DNA of 45,686 nucleotides from Octopus bimaculoides (Eukaryota), in assembly GCF_001194135.2 (NCBI RefSeq), contig NC_068995.1, positions 17,911,777 through 17,957,462 on the forward strand, read 5' to 3'. Below the pieces are notes generated by a model. It was given only the letters and a program-made list of their open reading frames with translations, was not told the DNA's origin and ran no database searches. The translations under genes were made by a program, and so were the position numbers. How positions within the stretch are numbered: the stretch's first letter is position 1; each line of letters starts with the position of its first letter. Positions 12,480 through 25,545 of this stretch are shown here, one piece after another.

Positions 12480-13810
12480 ATGCTATTCTTTCAACATATA
12501 TTAGCAAACCATTTAAAAGAAATGTTAAGCACATCGACCTCAGCAGATTCGGAAACCCTGAGAAGACCGTGATCATAGTCGTCTTCTCAACACTCGTTCT
12601 ATAATCAGAAATAATAAAATGACAGAAGAATTACTTCAAAAACGATGTAGATTAAAAATAAAAACGAGGAATGAATACAGCGCATGAAGAGCGAAACACA
12701 ATGTTATTCATCACGTACAAAGCTAAACGTTCGTGAAAATGAATAAAATCATAACTAATTTGGTTGTATTAATAATAAACGAACTCACAACGCATTAGGG
12801 ACATACCACGTAATCTGACAAACAGACGAAGAAAGACAAATAAAATAATACATTAAATTAAAACTACTAAAAACATCCACGAGAAAATAAAATTATCACA
12901 TATAGAGGAGGATCGGAAAATACTTTAGAAACAACTTAACATACAAAGGAACGAACTCCGTATTTACCACAACTCTAACAGAAACTTAACAATAAGAACC
13001 GCTTCTTACAGTCAAATTCCGGGTCTATCTGTAGAGAACAACGATACAAAAATAGATGAATGCAAAATTAGTGTTTGCAAGGGACAATTTTCAGCAGGTA
13101 AACACAAGAATTGAGAAGGAATAGAAAAAGGAGGTAAGTTAAAACAAACACGTCAAACCGATAGAGTATTAAATCAGTCCTGGAACAGATTCATCTCTAG
13201 AACGAAAAAATTGTGAGTTGAGAAAATGCAATAAACTGCAAGTATGACTCAAAATATCTTGCAAGAATTCAGCAATACAATATGGATAGACGCATCTAGA
13301 ATGTGTCCCCAAAATTACTGCTTGATCTACTGAACCAGTGTTCATAAATTTGAGTCAACATCCATTCATGAAAGAGTAAACAGAGAAGACTTACCACCTG
13401 AATGATAACTGGAGAGAAAGCAATATTGCGCCTGTAAAAGTAAACCACCAGTGACCGTGAAAACAATGTACACTGTTTGCAGGCTGCATACAAAACACTT
13501 ATATCTTCACTGTAAAATACGGTGGTTAATACTCTGGAAATCAATAACATCTTACCAATGGAACACAAATAGTATCGGAACGTAACGTATTTATGAAGAC
13601 GGCAGATCCTGTCTTGTCAACAATGTATATACTGCAAGAGTAGGTAGAGAATTAAAAATAAAGAAACTTTAGCATGGCATGGATTGTTGTTTGCTGACAG
13701 GGCATTTTCATTTAGATGCAACAACGCCAATGTGGTAGGTTTTCCACACGTATACAGTTGAAGTACGCTGTTACACTACATCAAACATGCAATGTGAACA
13801 TAGTAAAATA
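12480..13810 (+). mobile_element. Heavily decayed non-LTR retrotransposon, Dong/R4-like RT relic
   Basis: Manual translation gives SIIRNNKMTEELL, KNRFLQSN, TSIHER, HCLQAAYKTL, NNILPMEHK*YR (from 13543) and NFSMAWI (13665-13685). The order matches my recollection of the R4/Dong RT consensus NNILPxEQKGxR...NLSMAWIDY. Many stops and frameshifts; A-rich sense strand. Confidence 0.6.
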
Positions 13811-14192
13811 CAAGGAAAAAATAATAAATAAATAAATTTTAAAATAAGCACTAATACAAGACAAAAATGAAGGCAAAAACAGGAGCCAAATAGGAAGATG
13901 CTATAAAAAGAAAATGTTTAACGTAACATTCTATTGAATTGGCATTTCATTAACAAATTTGATGAGTTAAGTAAGCACTGATTACGTAACTTCTGGACAC
14001 ATTATAAATGATTTTGCTCCAAACAGAACATTTAAAACCATTCCAGAAAGATCCATCACTGAAAAAGGTTTTGATAAGTAAAACCTAATACTGGTTGCAT
14101 ACTGAAATGAAATGCAAGGGTAACAATTTATTGTAATAAAGGAACAGGGAGAAAACAAACTAATGCACTCACGCACATCTGCATATATATGT

Positions 14193-14233
<41 letters not shown>

Positions 14234-14640
14234 NNNNNNNNNNNNNNNNNNNNNNNNNNNNNNNNNNNNNNNNNNNNNNNNNNNNNNNNNNNNNNNNNNN
14301 NNNNNNNNNNNNNNNNNNNNNNNNNNNNNNNNNNNNNNNNNNNNNNNNNNNNNNNNNNNNNNNNNNNNNNNNNNNNNNNNNNNNNNNNNNNNNNNNNNNN
14401 NNNNNNNNNNNNNNNNNNNNNNNNNNNNNNNNNNNNNNNNNNNNNNNNNNNNNNNNNNNNNNNNNNNNNNNNNNNNNNNNNNNNNNNNNNNNNNNNNNNN
14501 NNNNNNNNNNNNNNNNNNNNNNNNNNNNNNNNNNNNNNNNNNNNNNNNNNNNNNNNNNNNNNNNNNNNNNNNNNNNNNNNNNNNNNNNNNNNNNNNNNNN
14601 NNNNNNNNNNNNNNNNNNNNNNNNNNNNNNNNNNNNNNNN

Positions 14641-14684
<44 letters not shown>

Positions 14685-15417
14685 GGTGCGAGGGACACGT
14701 GAAAGTAATTGGTTATCAGTATTTTAATCTCCTGTTACAATAATAAGTAGTTTTATTTTTAATTTTTATTTCTTCCAGATAACCTATTACAGATAATGTT
14801 CTAACACAAGTGAGATGATATGATTGCCACAGTTGTCAAATGTCTTACTCTTGCAAGTTTTTGTACTCAAATTTTGGATGGAGGAGCAATCTAGAGGCGA
14901 GAATGTTTTCATTGTATCAAAGAGAATAAGAAATCATATTCTAAACGTTTCGACATTGTAATGGTCTCGCAATTCATCCAATGAGTTCAATACAACCACC
15001 ATATCCATCCGGAAAATTCAAAGGGCTATCACTATGTAGCGTCAGGTCTCGGAGTGCACTATCAGAACTGTGATGCACGAGAGCATTAGGTACAAAGCAT
15101 ATGAATTTAGGAGAGGTCAATTCATGTCTGCAAAGGTACAGAAAATAGTTTGATGATTCCCTAGTGGTTAATGAACAAGTTTAATACTCCTCACTAACAT
15201 AAACTTTTCTGGTTTAGCAAGATGAAAAAAAAAATGAGGAAGAGGAAGATAGTTGTTAAGCCCTCAGCGGGTGACGTATGCAGTGAAACACCACATGTGT
15301 TTTAAGCAGATTCAGCACCTTTTCTGAAAGCTCATGTAAACCAAGGAAAGATAACAGACAATATTTAGGATCATGTAACATGAAACGTGTGGCATCCAAA
15401 TCCCTCAAATTTAAATC

Positions 15418-15553
15418 GGTGTGTAGTAAAACCTTGCTTCCGAACAATATCAACGTTGCTTCAATCTCACTGCTGAGCAAGTGACTTCCGCCATAGTCGT
15501 GGCCAAACAAACCATTGTGACTGGATTTGGTCGACGGTAACTAAAAAGCCTAT
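15418..15553 (+). mobile_element. SINE family C, 3' end followed by (TA)n
   Basis: ttccgccatagtcgtggccaaacaaaccattgtgactggatttggtcgacggtaactaaaaagcc matches the reverse complement of 28001-28075. Confidence 0.7.
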
Positions 15554-15738
15554 TATATGTCTATATATATATATACATATATATATNNNNNNNNNNNNNN
15601 NNNNNNNNNNNNNNNNNNNNNNNNNNNNNNNNNNNNNNNNNNNNNNNNNNNNNNNNNNNNNNNNNNNNNNNNNNNNNNNNNNNNNNNNNNNNNNNNNNNN
15701 NNNNNNNNNNNNNNNNNNNNNNNNNNNNNNNNNNNNNN

Positions 15739-15782
<44 letters not shown>

Positions 15783-18614
15783 TGTGTGTGTGTCTGTGTG
15801 TGTGTGTGTGTATGTATGTGTGCATGTATGTATGTAGATACGTATGCATGTATGTATGTGTGTATGTTCATGTTAATGCGAATTTCTGTATCTATATATT
15901 AAAGGACAGATCTATCGATAGATATATAGATGCCAGTTACAAAAGTTTAGTTTTAAGAAACAGTACCCGATTTTTGTGTCTCTAAAAATGATAGGTATTA
16001 GTGTGCAACTGCAATCATAGATTATATAGTTGTCCCCTATGTTTAAGAGTATTTACAGCTATTCAAAATTCCTATTTAAAATTTACACTGATTACACATA
16101 TCAGGTCTTCTGATATCATATGAGGCAGTTATCTTTTAGTAAGTTGTTTGATCTCGTTTAAAAGGTGAAATACTTTTATTCTCTGCATATTAGCAATATA
16201 TATATACTTATTCTTCAACGATAATGTGTGTTGCAAATGTCATAGTAACAAAATAGATCACGTGGCAGAAATGGAAATCACCTGGAGAAAATTCATTATT
16301 CCCTTGCCCCACAGCTCAGAGTACGTGTACAATCAATTTTTATATTAACTTCTATCAATTCATAGTGAATGACAGCTTCATCTATTTACAAGGTAAAATC
16401 GGTTTCTGAACGCATCGTATCCACATTCTATAAATGCAATGTGTGACCGGAATAACAGAATCATTTGCTTTACCAACATTCTGACTTCAACGAAATACAT
16501 GTAACATATGTTGAGATTTAGAAGATGTGTATTTTAATATAAGAATCTTTAAACAGTTTATCTCACACGTCGAAAAACAAATAGGGATTCTCTGAAAAGA
16601 TTATGAAGCTTTTGCTTCGATAGTTATTGAAATTTGCCTTCATATTAATGGCTGACTATCCGTAGATCAAAGAAGGTGCTGCACTGTTGACAACGTAACT
16701 CTCAGTTTCTTCTTTATTTTTGGTACATAGTACAGCAATTTCGAAGAGAATGCAAAATCTATTATATTGAAATTAGTATATGGCTGATGTTTTATTTTTA
16801 TTCTGAAAGGCTGAAAGACAAAGTTGCCTCAATGGGACTTAAATTCAAATAGTAATGCGCCGGAAGAATGCACCTCTTAATAAACAACCCTCACAAGGCT
16901 TACATCGAAGTCTATGTCATCCAAATTACCTGGAGTATTATAGCTATTTTGTTGAAAATGGAAAGAAAAACTGAGTGTCACTGATTCCATATTACTCATT
17001 TGTAATTTGACAAGGAAGCATTTACTATAATGACATACGGCACAAAATATCGTACAATAGAATATAATATATAATTATTAGCTTCACATATCACTGGCAA
17101 AAATATTGTTGATTCAGAAGAAGGATACATATTGATAAAAACTAAAAAGGAAAGCAATCAGTCATTGCTACATTTAGAATAATGGCGTTTTCTTAAAATG
17201 CTGATGCATGTGATGGCTAAGGTAAGTGAGATTATTTTCCAAATTGCACGTGCGAGTGTATATTTACTTTTGCTAAACGAAGTAAATTTTTACAGAAATT
17301 TCACATTAGCAAGTTCATACACATTGCAGTTTTGAATAAATTTCATTGCCAAATACTGTTGAATTAGAAGCGTGAAACGTTTCCCGGAAATTCAAGATGA
17401 TATAGAACAGACGAAACATAGGAATTTAATCGTGCATAATGATATTCATTTTGCGTCAGATTTTCTAGTTAAATAAAGTAGAAAATAAAATCGCTAAAGG
17501 AATGTTTGGTATAGCCTAATAATTGAATTGAGCAGAAACCATTTACTTAGGGTTACTATGCAAATTCTACTGCATTCAAATTAGCTTTTATGATTCTTAT
17601 CATCCGACTATACCCTACCGGCATTCACCCCCGTCCTTTCACAGTATTTGTATTAGCCAACAGTATCTAGATGCTGCGTAATTTCAGCTTATTTGTTAAT
17701 ATTATTTTGTTAGGAATTCGTGAAAGTTTCTCATTTTATAATATTAGGAGGGTTATGTAAATAAAATTACTTATACTCTGATATACTTTAGAATTTTGTT
17801 TTCATCTTTTTTTATTACTGCCAACACAATATTTGGAGAGTGATTACTATTATTCGTTTCAAAATTTCTTCGAAGTACATGAAAAAGCAAATATACATTT
17901 CAAACAATTCCAAGCTTATGTTCAATGAAGAAAGGAGAACGGGACAATCATCTACCTTTTCTACAAACTCTTCACTCAAAATTTAAGAAAAAAGAGCAAA
18001 TTCTTTTTAAAAAGTCACATAATAAAGCAATGAAAATATCAGGAAAAGTTTTAATCTTTTAATCTAAACTTAGTTTTTTCCTAAGTAAAACACAAAAAGT
18101 GATTTGTGAAAAACAAATTTCATACCATTGAATGGAGTGTCATGTATTATGAGAAAAAGGCAATGATATCAGTTTGAGAAGCTGATATAGTTTTTATTAA
18201 GTATGAAATATTTCAAATATACTGTCCCCTACAATTCGGAAGCAACTACATCATATAATGTAAAATTAAAAAGAAATATTGAACGAAATTAAAAACCTAT
18301 ACTACTTCATCACAAGGAAGCAGAGTTTTTTGTTTACGTATAATTCATATTATTATTTCCATCTTTCTTTATGTTTCTAGTTACTTATATTCATTGAACA
18401 ATGTGAATGATGAAAGCTGAAATGTTGGTGAGTTAGTATTCAACGTTCATTAAATGTTTAATTCAACGGTTCCCTGCTTTGTTCACGTCAAAGCCAGTTT
18501 GATTTCCACATACAGTTGCCGATTTATATATAAATATAAAATATATATTAATGATTTTAAAAGAGATTAGCAAACAATTATGGCATTATGGCATCAATAT
18601 GCTAACACGTACAA

Positions 18615-18832
18615 AGGCGGTGAGCTTGCAGAATGTTACTGCACCGGACAAAAGGCTTAACAACATTTCGTCCATCTTTACGTCCTGAGTTCAAGTTCCA
18701 CCGGGGTCAAATTTGCCTACTTTCTTCCTTTCAAAATCAATAAAATAAGTACCAGTTGAGCACTGATATTCGATTCAAACGATTTAACCTCTCCCACGAA
18801 ATTGCTGGCTTAGTGTCAATAATTGAAACCAA
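18615..18832 (+). mobile_element. tRNA-derived SINE family B
   Basis: aggcggtgagcttgcagaat head, gagttcaagttcc B box, aataaaataagtaccagttgagcactg body; several other copies in the window. Confidence 0.8.
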
Positions 18833-19421
18833 TATGCCTAGAGTAAGTTCCTGTTCTAGATGAACTATCGGAGGATCGACGTACAAGTAATATAATCTAA
18901 TATAAATCAGTGGAATTGATTATCGAATCTTTTTAAACATTCAATAAATGAATTATATCAGTAAATCCGAATTTCCTCTGTCTGATTAATCTACATGTAT
19001 CATATGATAAAACTATACACAATGTTGAAACATATATTTAACTGACCATAGTGATTTCAAGTATGTAAATATGTATCGTTACATCGGGACAAGTTCATAA
19101 AAGGTAGCATAATGTTTATCTGTCCAGCTATGCAGGTACTGTAAATTTGTACGGAAGGAAACCGCCATTGGAGATGTACGTGCGTTGAAGTATCTGCACT
19201 GCTACAGGCAGCATCATTGCTGAAAATTATATAATATCATGCGATTAAAAAAAAAAAATTATGAATAAATTAATTTAGATGTATGATACTAACAGAACTG
19301 TGAGTCTTATAACGAGTGTTTTTAATGCTCCTTTACACACACATATATTATTGTTCAGCGTTCAGCTTCAGCCACTTAGAAAATGGGAAATGCTTTCTTA
19401 TAATTTCCTCAGATAATAATA

Positions 19422-19640
19422 TAGATGGGGGTGCTGAAAAGTTCCTGGATTTAAGTAAGAGAAAATACAGGAGTTTCAGTTAATTAAGATTTTATTCAAC
19501 ACATTACCCTCTCAGATTCTCACATTTACACCAGCAGTCTTCAGTTTTTCTAAGCCCTGTAAAAGCATACGGAAGATTGTTCCTCCAACTAAGCTTTTCG
19601 CAATACCCCTTCAGTAGGAATTTATCAGCAACCTCTCGTA
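19422..19640. mobile_element. Tc1/mariner-type MITE, about 220 bp
   Basis: Left end tagatgggggtgctgaaaagttcct versus reverse complement of the right end tacgagaggttgctgataaattcct; TA at both ends; no coding capacity. Confidence 0.7.
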
Positions 19641-19674
19641 TAATTTCATAAGCATTCAATGGTATTTATTTATG

Positions 19675-20056
19675 TGTTGGCACTCCGTCGCTTACGACGT
19701 CGAGGGTTCCGGTTGATCTGATCAACGGAACAGCCTGCTCGTGAAATTAATGTGCAAGTGGCTGAGCACTCCACAGACACGTGTACCCTTAACGTAGTTC
19801 TCGGGGACATTCAGCGTGACACAGTGTGACAAGGCTGAGCCTTTGAAATACAAGCACAACAGAAACAGGAAGAAAGAGTGAGAGACAGTTGTGGTGTAAG
19901 AGTACAGCAGGGTTCGCCACCAACTCCTGCCGGAACCTCGTGGAGCCTTAGGTGTTTTCGCTCAACATACACTCACAAAGCCCGGTCTGGGAATCGAAAC
20001 CGTGATCCTATGGCCACGAGTCCACTGCCCTAACCACTGGGCCATTGCGCCTCCAC
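19675..20056 (-). mobile_element. Full-length tRNA-derived SINE family A
   Basis: Reverse complement begins gtggaggcgcaatggcccagtggttaggg (A box) and ggtttcgattccc (B box), and is colinear along its length with 42548-42935. Confidence 0.9.
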
Positions 20057-20175
20057 TATGTATCATGGTATTTATGTACTAGATAACAAAGAAACAAAAC
20101 AAAAAACTATACAAGAAATACAATTAGACATGTGAAAATAATTTCTTTCTCTTACAAACTTACTCTTTCTCTCTT

Positions 20176-20222
<47 letters not shown>

Positions 20223-20763
20223 GAAATCTATGGGAAGGAAATACATGATTTTTCAGACACAGTAAAATACACTCGTATTCCATCTCGATATTTAAAGAAC
20301 TGTTAATCAGTAATAGTTAAAACGAAAGTCCTTAATACTGGAGACCTCAGTCATCATAGCTATCCCTTCCGTCCGTCTGTCAAACTGAATAACCTTATTA
20401 TACCAGTGAAACAGGTGCGCTTATAAAAGGGGATAAGATGTGCCTCGGAATTAATACAATCTATGTTATTATAATTTCTTTTATAAAGGAAAATAGATAT
20501 TCGTGTTGGAGTGTACGTGCACACGTACAGGAAGTTATTTATTATTTCTGTCATATATGGCCGGATTTCTACATTAATACATAAAAGAAATACGATATGT
20601 ATAACGGATTTGTTAAAATTGTATTTTTATTTTCGCCAGCAGACTTTCATATCAATGTGCAAAAAACCATAGCATGAATATAACAAATAAATACATAACG
20701 GTAATGAAAATTTCATATAGAACTTGTTATGCACAAACACACATACAAAGGCGGGGATTTCTT

Positions 20764-20830
<67 letters not shown>

Positions 20831-20922
20831 GTCTGTCTGTCTGTCTCACTATCAATCTTTTCATCTATCTTTTTATTTGTGCGTGTATGTATATATATAC
20901 ATATGCATATGTATGTAAATGC

Positions 20923-20957
<35 letters not shown>

Positions 20958-20959
<2 letters not shown>

Positions 20960-21108
20960 ACGGGCTTGTTTCTGTTTCCAACTACCAAATCCATTCACAA
21001 GGCTTTGCTCTGCCCGGGGTATAGAGGAAGACACTTGGCCAAGGTGCCCAAGGGGACTGAACCAAGGGCCCTGTGGTTGGGAAGCAAGCTTTTTACCACA
21101 CAGCCACC
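20958..21108 (-). mobile_element. SINE family C, 3' end followed by (TA)n
   Basis: Colinear with 28001-28144; head gtggctgtgtggtaaaaagcttgcttcccaaccac on the minus strand. Confidence 0.8.
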
Positions 21109-21129
21109 ACTATATGTATATAACAAGCT

Positions 21130-21557
21130 ATATAATTATCATAGCGATTTTGAAAATTCTCTTTCACATACTCGTCAATTCTTGAGCTTGTCAAGCAAGA
21201 AGCTGTATTTCTTCCTTAACGTTTGCAGCGTGATTTTCAATTGGCGTACGTGGATGGACGTGTTCAGAAGGAGTTGTGCTAATTTCATCACCAATCATTT
21301 TCAGTCTAGCACTTCACACTTTACAATTTGTGCATGACCAATAAGTCTTTTCTTTTCTGATTTTATCAATGATCTAGGCGTACCCTTTGTATAGAAGCTT
21401 TCGGTCTTCCTGTTCCGTTTTGGTGGACTCCATGATAGATACTTCCGTTTGCCGACTTATTGTCCAATCAGCTAATTGTACAATCGGCGTATTGTCTGTC
21501 GGCCAATTGTATGTCGGTGAATTGTTTGTCGATGAATTGTCTGCAAACGAACTGCTG
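21130..21557 (-). mobile_element. 5' part of a FLYWCH-MULE (Mutator-like) transposon with a subterminal 15/16-bp repeat array
   Basis: From ATG 21433: MESTKTEQEDRKLLYKGYA*IIDKIRKEKTYWSCTNCKV*SARLKMIGDEISTTPSEHVHP. This is a FLYWCH zinc-finger pattern with stops at the conserved Y and C positions. Six tandem attgtctgtcggcca-like units lie at 21459-21550, just upstream of the ATG on the minus strand. Confidence 0.75.
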
Positions 21558-21899
21558 CATTAGGGGTGACAAATATGTGAAAATAAATTTTTTGTTCGTA
21601 AACACGTTGATTGTATTTGAAAAGGAAACATCGCTCTTCTGTTTCCCCTCATTGTGCAGAATATTGGCAAAATAGTGACCCGTTCCCAAGAAGGAATCGG
21701 TCTCGCATAGGCCTTGCACATGAAGCATTGTACCATGAATGTGCTCGCTAAAATCATCAGTAAAATGAGGCCTCTCGTTACATATCAATTTTTGCCGAAT
21801 ATGAGATGAATGGATTTGTGGGTTATCGTACAATAATTTAGGGCAATTGCTGGCAGTTGCATTGTAATAGAAAGGCATTTCTTGCCTCACTGAGGAATT

Positions 21900-22760
21900 T
21901 CTATGATGTTGCTTGAGCATTTCTCTCTATTGTTTTTTTTTTCTTTGAAGCAAAGATGTGTAGTTCTGTAATGATCGGAAGGCTTGTTAAGTCACAGATT
22001 TAGAACCGGATTAATGTGCGTTTCAATTCGAGGATGGAACGTTAAAGGTAGAGAAGTGTGGAATCCAGTTTGAAAGTGCATGTGGAGATGAAAGGTGAGA
22101 TGTAGGGATTGCAACTGATTAGATATAGCCCGAATAAGGAAGAAATGCAGCATTCTATCGCATTCAAATTCGAAATCCAAAATTTTGTTGCAGATGCGAC
22201 GAGGATGGTAAAGTTGGAAAAAAAAATCATTACGAATTTGATTTACAAGTGCGTAGATGAGCGGATAGAAGTAGGCTTGTAATGCACAGAGGTGAACAAG
22301 TAGCTATATATTGGTGATGGAGATATCTTTCCGGCAGTTGGATGCGAAATATGCGAATGCTCATGCGGAACGAAAATAGCTATTAAAAGTAATTAGGTTA
22401 TGGATCAACTGTCTGATATATGTGAAAACACCCAGATAGTTGTCATTACAACGATCGAAGAGCTATGGGGTGGGTAACATTAATTGGATAATAAATTGTA
22501 TCTCATCGTATCCTACAATGACCTTTGCATAGTTGTGGCCATCATTATACCCATAGTAATAAAGTTGATCATTGAAACAGGATCATATAAGTGTGAGGAA
22601 GACTTCAGTTATGCAGAGGATTATAAAGGACTACGATTGTGCAAGGAACAGATGCGTTGCAGCTTTCAAGGAATTGGTTAGGGGCTGATATATCGTTGCT
22701 GTTGTGGTCGACTGCGTAAAAGAATTTTATATTCAACCTGAAAGGAAGTTTAAATATATA
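21900..22760 (-). mobile_element. Probable decayed MULE transposase DDE region
   Basis: Fragments across shifting frames, SPSPIYSYLFTSVH, YFYPLIYAL, DFE..NAI, QLQSLHL, NWI..N*NAH, occur in the order of the MULE motifs QLFTIH / PLVYAL / DFE..NA / KIQSLGL / WNxH as I recall them. Weak. Confidence 0.4.
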
Positions 22761-25365
22761 TGTGTTAATGCGGGTGGTGTCTATCTGTGCGTACCTGTGC
22801 GTGAGGGAATATTGGAAAATGTTTTTATATTTCTGAGGAAAATATATAATTTATTTTTGTATCTTCTATCAGTGGAATCATGTTTTGCTATATATGTTTT
22901 TGCAGTTATTGTCTTCATTATTCTGTAAATTGTCTTAGTTTAAGTAATATATACTTCTCTAATTACATTTCATTTATAAGAAGAGTAAGTATAGTTCTTA
23001 TTTCATGCAAACATTAACGTCAGACACGCTATTATCTACAGTTTTAACCAAAAGTGGTGAGGAATGTGTATTACGTGTTAAACATTTGAACAACTGTGAT
23101 TTGGATCGTTATATTTTTCATTGCAAATGTTGTCATAAAGATAATCTAACACAAACATAACATGCTCCACTTCATAATAACTTTTTGAGGAAAAGAAAAG
23201 AAAAAAAGCGAACATGTAAATGAATTTATAATACTTTTTTTTGTGTGTGTAGACTAACGCCTCTATTCTTTTTTTTTTTTGGTCTTTTTTTGTCATTATT
23301 TCTTACATTCTTTGTGTATAATTCAATTTTATTTACTATTTGTTCGAATAAAAACAGAAATTTTGTCTGAAAAATCAAAGAGGAATATGCACTAAAGCCT
23401 AATTCAATAAAATTATTTCGAAACGCATATGTATTATGGAATTCAAAAGAGAATCTCCTATTGTAGAAGAACATTAAGGGCTTTAATATGAAAGACAGCA
23501 GACGATAATATACATATTTTTTTTTAAGAATAAAAGAAATTTATCATTGAATCTCTAACAGATAAAATGATCAAAAACATTTTGGAGCAAAAGCGTAGAT
23601 TTCAATCTCTCTCGCTTTCTTTCCCTCTCTATTTCCTTACCTCTCTGTTTCTCTTTTTCATTCTCTCTATCTCACCTTGGAATGCGTCCCATTAGAGAAG
23701 TAGAAATACAGAATAAACAAACGAAACAAAGCAAATCACAACGTATCGACTTTTAAAATAATAGAGATAAAATGAAAAGATCAAAGAGACTGCATGCTGA
23801 TTTTCGAATTCCACATCACATGTTGCCGAATTTGTAACACTGAAATCTCTGCCAACATGCCTCCTCTATTGTTCCTCATAAAACGCTGGTAATCTAAAAT
23901 GGCGTCGAGTTTCCAAGTTGGCTATATAGGTAACGTTCATCTGATGAGAAGAAATGTAGACAAATTACCCAACATGCTATTTGTGTCAGCAGCTTCATGG
24001 GTTTTAAAAATATCCGTCACATATAATTCATTATAAACGTTTCTTTCGAAAGTGAACATTTAAAATCCATTCGACATTTTATGAAAGTTTTGCTTTGCTA
24101 TAAAATGCTTCAAATGTTATCCGTCGAATAATCCATCTATCTAATTACTCATATCGTCTGCGTGTACTTCCGCTGCAAAAATAAATTAAAGTTTACACAC
24201 ATGCATGTATGTATATATATACATATAAACATANNNNNNNNNNNNNNNNNNNNNNNNNNNNNNNNNNNNNNNNNNNNNNNNNNNNNNNNNNNNNNNNNNN
24301 NNNNNNNNNNNNNNNNNNNNNNNNNNNNNNNNNNNNNNNNNNNNNNNNNNNNNNNNNNNNNNNNNNNNNNNNNNNNNNNNNNNNNNNNNNNNNNNNNNNN
24401 NNNNNNNNNNNNNNNNNNNNNNNNNNNNNNNNNNNNNNNNNNNNNNNNNNNNNNNNNNNNNNNNNNNNNNNNNNNNNNNNNNNNNNNNNNNNNNNNNNNN
24501 NNNNNNNNNNNNNNNNNNNNNNNNNNNNNNNNNNNNNNNNNNNNNNNNNNNNNNNNNNNNNNNNNNNNNNNNNNNNNNNNNNNNNNNNNNNNNNNNNNNN
24601 NNNNNNNNNNNNNNNNNNNNNNNNNNNNNNNNNNNNNNNNNNNNNNNNNNNNNNNNNNNNNNNNNNNNNNNNNNNNNNNNNNNNNNNNNNNNNNNNNNNN
24701 NNNNNNNNNNNNNNNNNNNNNNNNNNNNNNNNNNNNNNNNNNNNNNNNNNNNNNNNNNNNNNNNNNNNNNNNNNNNNNNNNNNNNNNNNNNNNNNNNNNN
24801 NNNNNNNNNNNNNNNNNNNNNNNNNNNNNNNNNNNNNNNNNNNNNNNNNNNNNNNNNNNNNNNNNNNNNNNNNNNNNNNNNNNNNNNNNNNNNNNNNNNN
24901 NNNNNNNNNNNNNNNNNNNNNNNNNNNNNNNNNNNNNNNNNNTATATATATATATACATACATATATACATATATACATATATATAATCAGCATGCAAAA
25001 TGCATCTCCCACAATGTGGTTACTGTTTATTGTCTCCATTGTATCATTTCCTAACTGTAAATCAGAAAATATCTTAGGTAATGTATTTGCGATTTCTAAC
25101 CAATCATTTTATAAGAGTTTCTCGTTCCTGCGAAAATTGTATGAAAATATGCTAATTTACATTAAAGTGTAATCACATATTGAATAGGTAAAACATCCCC
25201 GTATTTCGCCAAAGTCCTGTCATGTCATATCGCTGACATTACCTGAAAATCAATATATCTTGCAACTCAAATTTAAAATTTACTTAGAATTTATAGCGGA
25301 GTATGAAATTCACGGTTGTGAACTTCATACTTCTCTTTAAAGCAATTCAATTGAAATCAGAGTTT

Positions 25366-25545
25366 AAGACGGTGAGCAAGCAAAATCGTTACAACGTGGG
25401 ACAAGTGTTTAGCGATTACTTTTCTTCCGTTATTTTATTATGGTTTCAAATTCCATTGAGCTAGGTTTTGATATTCATCCCTTAGCACTGGTGTCATTGT
25501 AATCGACAAGCCCTATCTTCCAAGATTTCAGGACTTGTGCATAAA
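25366..25545 (+). mobile_element. Degenerate SINE family B; a second remnant follows at about 25577-25730
   Basis: aagacggtgagcaagcaaaatcgtta head, ggtttcaaattcc B-box region, agcactggtgtcattgtaatcgac...ttcaggacttgtgc tail, as in the other copies. Confidence 0.55.
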
